From positions 12,278,001 to 12,342,000 of the forward strand of contig NC_087250.1 of assembly GCF_037042905.1 (NCBI RefSeq): a DNA stretch of 64,000 bases, given 5' to 3'. This document shows positions 13,209 through 24,110 of the stretch, in pieces. Numbering within the stretch: the stretch's first letter is position 1; every line of letters begins with the position of its first letter. This stretch comes from Lytechinus pictus (lineage: Eukaryota). Both the position numbers and the translations under genes were made by a program. Below the pieces are notes generated by a model. The model searched no databases. It saw nothing but the letters and a program-made list of their open reading frames with translations, and had not been told where the DNA came from.

Positions 13209-14839
13209 ATAACATATTGATGATTTTTTTAGACTTTCAGTCTGCATTCCTTATCAGCCCCAAGTGCTCTACCCACTATGCCTTTCTCTATCTCCATCAT
13301 CTGCCCTCTCCGACTCCTACCCAATGCCACCCGTAGGATAGATGCTCCATTTAATTGACGAATTGACCCGGGGTCACAATTGCTTAATGAAATTAACTGC
13401 ACTCTTTCAGAAACCCGAATTCAACCTTCTATAGATTTCCATCGTAGCATCGGGCCATTTATCAAGACAGGTGTTGTTCACTTTAGTCTGCCAATGGCAT
13501 GGTTATTACCTGTGCAAAAAAAAATCGATATCGATCGCAGTGATATTGGTGACTAACCAGCAATTAAGTGATATCTTCAGACGCCAGACAGCTGTCTTAA
13601 TTGTACGAGTAGAAAGTCAAGGATCCCGACCCTTTGAGAGTTAAAGCACAAAATCTTACACATTTAAAATGTTGGGCAACATATTGTCCACTGTGTTGGG
13701 TAATGTATGTTGGTAAAAAATATATATATATTCTGGGCAATTATTATCCAACTAGGCAAATTTATTACCCAATTATTAGTTTAATATTATCACCCAATTT
13801 GGACAGATTTTAACCAACAGTTGTGTGGACAGTATGTTGCCCGGGGCTGGTTAAAAGTTGAGCATTTTTTGCCCAACTATTTTAAGAGTGTAGATTTTAA
13901 AAGCAGTCTCTGTTTGAAGCCAATCTATGTGTTGATTAAACTTTAAAAATCATTTCATTTTCATTGCATTTAATAATTAATTTTCATCCATTTCACAATT
14001 TTTTTCATTTCTGTAAACATAAATTGATACATAAAGAATACACACTTTATAAAATATTGGGTAAAATTTTGACCTGCACGAAGGTAATTATGTGTCCAAT
14101 CAATTTGGGGCAGTGTTTTACCTAATGCGGGAAGCATATTGTCCAGTAAGGACAAAAAATAAGCAGCAATTACTTTAGAATGGGCAACATTTACATCACA
14201 CTGGATAATGAAAATGCCCCAAACAAATTCCCAATGTTGGTTGGACACATAATTACCTTCATGGAGCATTTGTACCCAATAGTTTTTAGAGTGTAAATAT
14301 GTACATGCTATTTTATAGAAGAAGGCGTAAGACCCTAGAAGCAAAGGATTGCAGTGGGATACGCCTGCATACAAAAATACAGCAAAAAAAACCCAATCCA
14401 AACTATAATAAAAAATGTTATCATTAAATTAAAGTCTATAAACCTGACCATGCAAGCTATCTCTTTCCTGTTACCGTTCCTTCCTCACCCCCTTTCATTT
14501 TCTTCTCCCTTGTACCGATCAAGGTTGAAGGGGCGGCCACCCCTCTCCTCATCCTCTAAAGCGCAGAACACAAAGTGCATTAATGACGGTGCGCCTACCA
14601 TACCTCCTGCAGATATATGACAGTAGTAGATAGCAGTGGTTAATTTTATACGTTACTCGTGCGGGTAAACGCGAAAAGAAGAAGAAAAATTATACTGAAA
14701 ATTGCCAGAAAACAAATGAACATGGAAAAACGAGACGAATTTGAAAGGAACAATGCAATATATCTCATTATGGCAAGGGAAAATGAACGTGAGCTAACAT
14801 TTTCATACATGGAAATATTTTACCCAATATATACTCGTA

Positions 14840-15060
14840 CACTCTAAAAACACTTTATCCAATATTGGGTAAAATAGGAAAATGTATGCTTGCTGGGTAA
14901 AATGCTACCAAATACTATGTAAATATTACGCAATGTTGAGTTGAAATGTACCGTTTCAACTTGCATTTTGCCCCAAATGGGGGAAAAATTACACGGCAAA
15001 CATGCTTGTTCCCTTTCTTCTCAATATTGGGTAAATTTTTGCTCAATCTTTGTTAGAGTG
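14840..15060. mobile_element. CACT-ended MITE (EnSpm/CMC-like); related copies near 4935-5099, 13657-13891, 14040-14293, 18490, 29475, 30820, 31220-31462
   Basis: CACTCTAAAAA…TTAGAGTG termini, 2-bp flanking TA, internal ACCCAATATTGGGT palindromes. Confidence 0.75.
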
Positions 15061-15112
15061 TATTTCGCATATTCAGTTGCAGGATACATGATTTGAGAAA
15101 GTGGGCAGTACA

Positions 15113-15348
15113 TACTGCAAAAACACCGGTTTGAATTTAACACCAGCCCGGAAGTTATATTATGACCACACCAGAGAAGTATTGAAACAACACCAGTTTG
15201 GCATCAAATCGATGTTGTTTAATACTAATTGGTGTTGTATAAACACCTATCTGGAGTTAGACCAAAACCAATTTGTTTAACACTTGTCTGGTGGGGTCAT
15301 ATATAGATTCCCGGCTGGTGTTAAATTAACACCGGTGTTTTTGCAGTG
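15113..15348. mobile_element. CACT-ended MITE with AACACC repeats; related copy 55921-56145
   Basis: TIR (C/T)ACTGCAAAAACACCGGT with 2-bp CA duplication. Confidence 0.75.
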
Positions 15349-16202
15349 CATGTATCTACCGCCCATTTATAAATGATAATTAAAGAAATACTGCCACGTT
15401 TGAAAGAATTAAAAACCAAACGCCACAAAAACAAAGAAAGTTCACCTACCATAAATCAATGATTCGTGTTTAATAGTAGAACATCATACATGATTTGACA
15501 AGTGGGTATACATGAAAATTGTTTATTATTATCATCCTCATAAAAATGCCAGTGACGTATTGAATATTTGAGATGTTCGATCCACAAGTCATTCGAGTTC
15601 ATATATCTACACCGACCGGTTTACACCCAAGGTTTTTTTGTCAGTGTATAAGGGCCGAAGAGCGAAGGAAGATTTAACTGGCTCGAAAAGCTACTGGTCA
15701 CCCTCACGCCTCCGGGATGATAGGACGGTATCAATTAGGTATCCATTGCCAGGGCTTTCAAGATGACCTGTGGCAGATATTGGGTTTCACATTAATACAG
15801 TCAGATGGATAACCCCAAGGTTGAGTAAGTTCAGGAGCACTCTCCTGCCGTCGACCAACCGATGACCTAGGGCCCATTGCACAAAAGGTTGCAATCGAAC
15901 ACAACTCCAAAAATCAATCGGAGATTGATTATCGACCAATGAAAAACGCGTATTAGTGGCTTGTGCTTGACGTTTTCAGTTGCGTCCCAAAACGCAGTTT
16001 TTTGTAGAACCTGGCCTGGAAGGAGTGGAAGAGTGGGCGAGGGTACTTGAGAAGTCTTGCGCAAAGCACTTTGCTAGACGACCCGCACCCACTTTAATAC
16101 CATGCGTACAACCATACCAACTGCAGTGTTGCCATGTGATAGTCTCTGTTCAGATTGTAGCCTCGGTGATATAGCAACGATTTGATGACAAATGACTTGC
16201 CA

Positions 16203-16498
16203 CACTGTAAAAAAAAAACCCTGATTTTACAGAAAGTAACAAGATTTTGCAGAAAGCAATAACATAATCATTCTGTAAATTCATAAAATAGGATTTTTTT
16301 AGCAATTTAACAGAACGGATCTGTTTAAAATGGGGAAAAGTGTGTTTTATTTAAGGAAATTTGTAAGGTTCCATACACCAAATACCAATTTCCTGTAATT
16401 TTATAATGTAAGATTACGCAATCTGGTAAGATTACAGGTGTTCTCGAGACTCTGTTGCAGGAACCTCTTTTATTTTAAGGATAAATTTTCAAACAGTG
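16203..16498. mobile_element. CACT-ended MITE
   Basis: CACTGT…ACAGTG termini with 2-bp CA duplication. Confidence 0.6.
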
Positions 16499-16969
16499 CA
16501 TCTCAAACCAGCAAATAAATCGCCAGTGAACATGGTAAAGGCGCTATGTAAATATAAATCAATGTGTCTGACAAGAATATTTTTCTTTATACTGTAACAA
16601 TTTGAAGTTATAAAGTTAACTAAGAACAATCGAGATGTATTACTTTTTTGTTACCACTTTCTTTGTCTGGACCGATGGAAGTTTGCCTGAGAAGGTAGCA
16701 CAAGTTATGCTTGAGTAAACGTGACATCATCAGCCCACATATTGAAAATTCATGACGGCGTGCATATAATTATTGTATTCGATCGCCAAATATTAAAATC
16801 CAATATCTCTGTTATTTGCTACAATCGTTTATGAAATCTTCTTCGTTTTGTCTGTAAATTTTATTCCGTTTATTTAGATATAAATATTTTCATCCCGGGG
16901 TAGTTTAACCCTTTAAAGATGTAAATGCTGCTTTGTGTTCTTATCTGAAAGATTTATATTGCGAGACCT

Positions 16970-17013
16970 ATGCTCTCATTGTCTTTCATGAAAGTGGCAG
17001 TAGAGCGAGAAAG
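16970..17013 (+). CDS. Candidate upstream coding exon of the large-Rab gene (MLSLSFMKVAVERE)
   Basis: In-frame ATGs at 16970 and 16988 and a consensus donor AG|gtgagt in phase 2, compatible with exon 31568; no homology support, may be chance. Confidence 0.2.
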
Positions 17014-19228
17014 GTGAGTTCGTAAGACCCTTCATAAATGATCTAATTGGATAAGAAAAATAGGGAGCCTCGGGCAGAACGACTTATTAAACGGACGGCC
17101 TTTGAATAGGGGAAGCAGCTGCACAACTTTTTAATTATTGCACCGCTGCCTTGTGTAACGATCATTAAATATATAAAACAACTGCAGTTTTACGAAAGTG
17201 AAATCAACTCTTTTTTATTATTAGCAAAATAGTGAATTTACACATGACATCATTTTATATATTGCACCGCTGCCTCATGTAATGATCATTTAAGAAAGAA
17301 AGCATTATTATCAATTCAAAACAAACTTGCCAAAACAAACGCTTAGATAGTCTGTTATTGAAAGTAAATAGTTTCTACCGTTAGTAAAAAAAATGAATTT
17401 ACACATGATAACGTGACTTTATCATTGCGCCGCTCCCCGGTGTATTGATCATTAAAAATGTAAGCAACTGCAATGTCACGAAACCAATATACTTGCTTAG
17501 ATTTTCCGTTATTGAAAGCAAATAAAAGTCCTCGTTAGATAGCTAATGACTTTACACATGACTGTTACTTTGTTTATTATTATGAACTTCTGAAAAACAC
17601 ATTCAGTAGTTTGAAATTTCCAGCGACAGTCTCGACGTATGGCTGTCATCTTCTTCAAGCGGCGAATGTAAAACTATTGGCGAATGACGAATTTGGCGCC
17701 AAATTATAGGGCAATTAATGTTTATCTGTCTCACGATCCTGATGGACTAATTTCGTGATACAACAACTCAAGTATATTAAGGATTTTTTTATTGAAATAT
17801 TGAACTAAAACAGGATCGAATAGGCCCGAGATTCATACGACAAATGAAAAAGGCAATCGGGCTAAATCGAATTCTAATTGTGTGTGTGAGGGTGTGTGCG
17901 TGCGCGCGTGTGTGTGTGTGCGTCGGTCTACGTTGAGGAAGCACCTCCGCCCCCTCCCTGCTGTCCCCACCCAACTTGCACATCAGCTGTAGTAATCTTT
18001 GACAATCACTATATTAAAATTAGTTAATAACAGGTCCTTAATAACATCTTTCGAGGAATAAAGCCCTTATGTTTTATTAAGTTTCGTGAATTCATTTGAT
18101 TAATAACTTCTTTCAATTAATTTTACTTCGTGAAGGACTACTTATGAAATAGAGATATAAGATGAGTTTACCACTCTCGAATGAAGAGATGAATTGTCCA
18201 TACTTAATTTCTTGCATTAAAGATATTTCGCATTGTAAACTACTTACCCATTTAGATCTCACGCGATATCTGGTAATAACTTTTAGAAGAGAAGGAAAGT
18301 CATTAGCAAGACAAGAACAAGTCGAGACAAACTTCTTTCCCTGATTTTTCTGATGATAATTCATTTCTATTCTAATTGCAATGGCAAGTATTCTAAACTT
18401 TGACGTTTGATGAATCCATAGCCTGAATTCCAGTCGCTCTATTATTGTGTTATCTCAAATGTAAAAAAAATCGTTTACATGGAATCTTACACTCTAAAAA
18501 ATATTGGTTAAAAGTGCTCCATGAGGGTAAATGTGTGTCCAACCAACATTGGGTATTTCTTTTGGGCATTTTTATTTATCCAGTGTGATGAAAATTTCGC
18601 CCATTCTAAAGTAATTGCTGCTTATTTTTTAAAACCTTACTGGACATTATGCTTCCCACATTGGTAAAATACTGCCCAGAATTGGTCGGACACATAATTA
18701 CCCTCGTAATTTTTTATATTATGTGGAGGTGTCTTTTTGTACTTTTGGGGTAATTTTACAGTAATATCATTTTGTATATAGATGCTGCTTTAATCATGTT
18801 AATAGTGTGAGTTCACGATGTGCTCAATCAATGAACATTTAATATTGAAGATTTCTGCTACAGCCACATGCATTAATTTTAAATTATATTCACCTCTTGA
18901 AAGATTTTGAAAAATGAATGAATCTTTTTTAAATGTTTCACGTTTCCCGCTATCTATTCCTTGATATGACTATCAACATTATGTTTTGTCTGCTGCTTGT
19001 TTTTTTGTGTCACAAAAAGTTCTTTAAGTTGCCTTAATGAACGACTTTATTTTGGATAGCAGGTTTTTTTTTTTAATTGTCTTCAAACCTATATAGAAAT
19101 AAATGATCAACGATAAGAACAAGAACTTTCTGCTGTTGTATAGTGATTAATACGTCGCAAAGGCGTAGCGCCTCTAAACACTTTAGAGATATATATTATT
19201 ACCCCGGTCATCGGATCCAAGGCTCAGT

Positions 19229-19633
19229 TGCTTTTCCGACGGCGGCATCGTCAACATTGAAATCTTAACCATGGTTAAGTTTTTGAAATGTTATCATAAC
19301 TTAGAAAGTATATGGACCAAGTTCATGAAAATCAGACTTAAGGGTAATAAAGTATTAGTGAACATCCTACTAGAGGTTCTGGTCACATGATCATGGTCAA
19401 ACCTCATTTTTGGTAAATGGACATAGTATTTTATTATCATATGATTTGTGTTTCTTTTGTGAATATTCAATAACTATGTATTTTCAAAGTCAGCATTGCT
19501 ACTATAGTATTTTATTATCATATGCTTTGTGTTTCTTTTGTGAATATTCAATAACTATGTATTTTCAAAGTCAGCATTGCTGCTATATCGAATCTTGTCA
19601 TGCAGGCGAGACTGCCAGAGGCTTTCCACTTGT
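19229..19633 (+). mobile_element. Truncated copy of the same Helentron-type element
   Basis: GCTTTTCCGACGGCGGC…AAATCTTAACC…ATGCAGGCGAGACTGCCAGAGGCTTTCCACTTGTT matches the 53761 element; internal ~80-bp tandem duplication. Confidence 0.7.
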
Positions 19634-21690
19634 TTTTTCCTCTATATTGATAACATCACGGGTAGGAGGAGGCAATATAAAGTGTGGAAATGTTTCATGT
19701 TGAACATTTCTTTTCTGATCAAGATAAATGTAGATTGTTTTCTCATTTGTGACGAGACGTCAGAGTCCATTTAGATCAATATCGTTGGGGATATTTCAAC
19801 AGATTTATCAGATATCAAAGAATTTAAGGGGATGATAGTGACAAATATTTGGCGAAAATAAGATCTTAGGGAAATGGAAACCATCATATTTCAATTCTGT
19901 GATTTCTTTCAACTCTGTCGATCAAAATGTACTTCATACACACTGAAATCATAATCCCTTTTGGGTTTGACTTAAAGAGACAACAACGCCAGAAAAAAAA
20001 ATGAGTGCCGACAGTGATTTAAACGTAAAAATGAAGAAATATTATTTTGTGTCTTAATTAAACAAACAATTCCTAATTGTTATTGGCGGTTTGAAAGGTA
20101 TATCGAATTATGTATATTTCCATAGCGTTTTATGGTTTCATGATGCTTTGTGTTAGCTTTGGCGTAAAAAAATATACATACTTGGATAAGGTTTGTCTCA
20201 CATAGCTTTGCTATGCAGCTGACTAAAAATATCGAACATGCAGAATATAGGGAGACGATGATCGGAGTTGATATAGATTCACCTCGAATGCTCCCATTTG
20301 CGTGTCACTTCCAATTACACCATGCTTCTAACTTGGTCCATCTCGATTTGTCTTGGCTTTCTGGAAATGTTATGAGATTGCGAAAAAGAAGAGGGATATA
20401 CGAATCACTAGAGATACCAACGGAAGTCAAGGAGGCGCTACGGGGGAGGGCAGGGGACAACGGTCGGCCCCCTGTGATTTTAAACTACTGTGTAATACTT
20501 GAAGGGGGAAATAAGAAAAAGATGAGGTAGGCAGGGTATTTACAAAGGGGATCTGGGATGTCTAACTCCATATTTCCCATGAAGATTTTCTTTGAAAATA
20601 ATGCAGAAATGGGGCAACACGGTTCGGCCGTGTTGCCCCATGTCAAAATCCCCCTGCCGCCCCTTGCGAATATAACAGCCTTCAGAGACACGTAGCCAAA
20701 GGGGGAGGATTAATGGAAAAAGGGAGTATATTGAAATGCGTCCAGGGCTCTTTCTTACTCTTTGAAAATGTAAAAGTAAGAATACAGGGTCTTGCTGTCC
20801 CTCACAGAAGAATAAACATATCATTCGCAGGGGTCGAAAAGTCACATTTCTCTCTTTCTAAAAGGTCCATGTCCTCCATTTCTTCATGGAATCACGAATG
20901 GGTGAATATGTTCACTCGCGAAAAAAGCCTTGGGATGATAGTGAGCTAATACGCATAAATAGAAGAGAAGAAAAGTGCGTCGCATGTTTAGATCTATGTA
21001 TCACTTGTTCTTTTTATTAGTTGGCATTTCATAAATCACCAAATAAACCGAAAAACATTACATGACAGAGATCATTACATAATGTATTTTTGTGGCCAGG
21101 GAGATGAGTGCAAACTTAATCACTGTAACCTGAATCCCATGTGTACAGAGCGTTACGATTGATCCAATCAATCTCAACTCTATGGAAATCCATCAATGTC
21201 ATAATTTATTTTCTACAGGATATTTTCACAATGTCCTTTGAACACAAAAAGAAGCACACTGGATTTTAAAGAAAACAAAGAACATATGAATATACATCAT
21301 AGTTAGAAAATATTTTGATTAAAACATGCATTTTAGATGTTGACGTTGCCTTCTTTCCACAGTTGTGGTTGATTGGATCAATCGCAACTCTTTGTAAAAC
21401 GGGGCCCGGGTGGTCCCTCCGCTAAATCAACCAATGCTTTGAGCATACCAGTAAAAAATATAGTACCCCGGTATAGCATGAAAAATATTAAAATGACAAG
21501 ATAGGAATACTGATTGATAAAGGAGGGGGGGGGGGCAAATATAACGCCCCCATAAAGAAAGTAGACACCAAATGTAGACAAAGGATTATACATTTGAAAT
21601 TTGAAATTTCACTTCTGTATTATACAACCACCCCGAGGGAATGTTAAAGCTGTCGTAGACGCTCGACCAGACTGGATTTCCATAATTGTC

Positions 21691-21704
21691 GTTTCCATGA
21701 CAAC
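21691..21704. promoter_or_regulatory. RFX X-box-like motif
   Basis: GTTTCCATGACAAC fits GTHNYYATRRNAAC and lies in non-repetitive sequence. Confidence 0.35.
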
Positions 21705-22997
21705 TTTCGACTGAGACTGGAGTATATCCTTTTATTTATACCACCGATCTTTGCCGTCTCAACGGATGTTTTTCTTCATCTAGATTCCGATGGGATTTTC
21801 TGAGCAGCAAAGAGGGTGGAACTCATCATAACGTACAATGCAAGCATATTTCAATCATTAGTTCGTCCCCCCAAAAAAAAAAAACACAATAGAAATAAGT
21901 AAAGATATTTTCATCCATTGAATCATTTTTTTTCATAGCCCTGTCTTTGAAAGAAAATATTATCCTTAATGTTGAGATCAAGCATATTTCCAAAATATGA
22001 AAATATATTATCGAAATCAAAAGATATGGATAAATATCTTCTGGGGCTGAGGTGGGTGTTGGCCAGTGGCGTAACAGGCGGGGGGGGGGGGGGGGGCAGG
22101 GGGGCAAGCTGCCCCCCCTGGCGGAGCTCACCGGGAAAATAAAAATAAAACGGGAAAAAAAAAAGGGGGAAGAAAGGGAAAGGGAAAGGAAAGAAAAAAG
22201 GGGAAAGGGGAAGGGGAAAGGGAAAGGAAAGAAAAAAGGGGAAAGGGGAAAGGGAAAGGAAAAGGGAAAAGAAAACTAAGAAAAAACATAAAAAAGGGAA
22301 AACGGAAAGATAACGGGAAAAGGAAGGAAAAAAAAAACAAGTGAGAAAGAACAATTCGCCCCGATATACAAATACATTAGCATGATTAGTAAGACAGGGA
22401 AATAAATTAAAGATGACAAAAAGGAAAACAAAAGCGGGAAATAAATGCAGAATGGAATTAGCCAAAATCTAAACTGGAAATTAAAGAATAGGGACAAGAT
22501 AACGTACACTACCGGGCTGCCGAGGATTGAGATAACGAGCGGGAAGGAAAATGGATGGTATATAGCACTGGCGTAAATCCCGGGGGGGGGATGGGGGGGA
22601 TATATCCCCCCCCCCACTTTTCGAGGAGGGGGATGGCCTGTACAAACATCCCCCCCCCCCACTTTTTACGAAAGAAATGAAAAAAAAATCACAAGAGATA
22701 ATTGTTTTATTGGTGAAAATTCTTCCAAAAATACCGCTTAACAAATAAAATAATATTATTGAATCATTAAATGCAAATAAAGAGCCAGTTCACCATTTCC
22801 AAACGAAATACTTATGTCCTTATTATAACATTGAAGAGAAACCCCCGTTTCTTCCAATTCATCAATGTTGGGGTCTTTGGGAAGGGATTAAGACGGAATG
22901 TCAAAAATTTGTTGAATGTAATCTCTAATAAAACCATTAAACCATCATGGGGTAAAAAAGATAATAATATTGGAGGGGTATTTGCCATATGGACATA

Positions 22998-24110
22998 CAG
23001 TGGCGTAACTACGGGGGACATGGGGGCACATCCCCCCCCCCCCATCGGCTGACCAAAAAAAAAAAACGGGGAAAGGGGGAAAAGGAGAAAAGAGGGAGAA
23101 AGGAAGAGAAACGTTGTGGGAAAGAAGAAAATATTATTCATTAGAATGTTGTATTATATTATAACTATGTTAAGTTACATTACATAAGAAACATTTTTAT
23201 CATAACTTTATGAAACATAATTTGCCCAGGGCCTACGTCTTCATTGTTCCTGGTGCTTGCATTGTCTGTTAACGAGATATATAATCCTGTTGTACTAAAA
23301 CATCCCGTTTTCAAGTCAATATAAACCAAATATATTTCCTAGCACTTGAGTTATCATTGTTTTATGTAGTGACATATGCTTCTTTTTCATGACTCAAAAG
23401 TGATTGCCCCATGTTAAGGTCTTCGTATACATGGGCCGCGGAAGCGGGGGGGGGGGGGGGGCTGGGGGGGCTTCAGCCCCCCCCCCTTTTTTCCGAAACC
23501 GTGTACAAAAACGTAAAAATGACCATATGATTGTGATTTTTAGCATGGTCAGCCCCCCCCCCCACTTTTGGCTCAGCCCCCCCACTTTGAAAACCGTTCC
23601 GCGGCCCCTGGTATATATGAAACATTTCTTGTCCGTGATTACGTTCGCATTAGTGGATTGGTGAGATATGTCTGCTCTTCATGAATTCCTAAAATCAGTC
23701 CTTAAAATGTCCCTTCTTCTGATCTGAATATCAAAAATTTTCAGCTCGCGCTTCGCGCTCGCATCATTTGGTTAATGAAATACGTATGGTCCTAGTTAAT
23801 TCCTACAAAGAAACCTTAGAATGCCCCACTTCAGGTCTGAATTATCTAAGTTTTCAGCTCGCGCTTCGCGCTCGCATTGTTAAGCGAGACAGGTACCTAT
23901 CATGATTACACAAATTTTATTATAATGCCCCTTTTAGGTGTGAATATAAAAAAATTTCAACTCGCGCTTCGCGCTCGCATTATTTGATCAGTGAGATACA
24001 TATCCGTTTAATGACATTGTCCTTAAAATGTCTCTATTAGGTCACTCACTCAGTCATTCAAAAATTTTGCTGGTGCCCCCCCCCCATGCCGTGACCCACG
24101 GTCGCCACTG
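22998..24110. mobile_element. Non-autonomous hAT-like element (nest level 3)
   Basis: Termini CAGTGGCG…CGCCACTG; 8-bp TSD TGGACATA at 22990-22997 and 24111-24118. Confidence 0.85.
23430..23610. mobile_element. ~180-bp G-run MITE with 5-bp TSD (nest level 4); other copies near 12015-12197, 37852-38017 and 41503
   Basis: TIR CAGGGGCCGCGGAA-like; TSDs GTATA here, GAATC (12 kb copy), TATTG (37.9 kb copy); shared internal sequence AAAACCGTGTACAAAAACGTAAAAAT. Confidence 0.85.

Noticed and set aside
20213..20949. Overlapping 68-105 aa ORFs in a moderately GC-rich patch
   Set aside because: No recognisable domain or convincing splice signals
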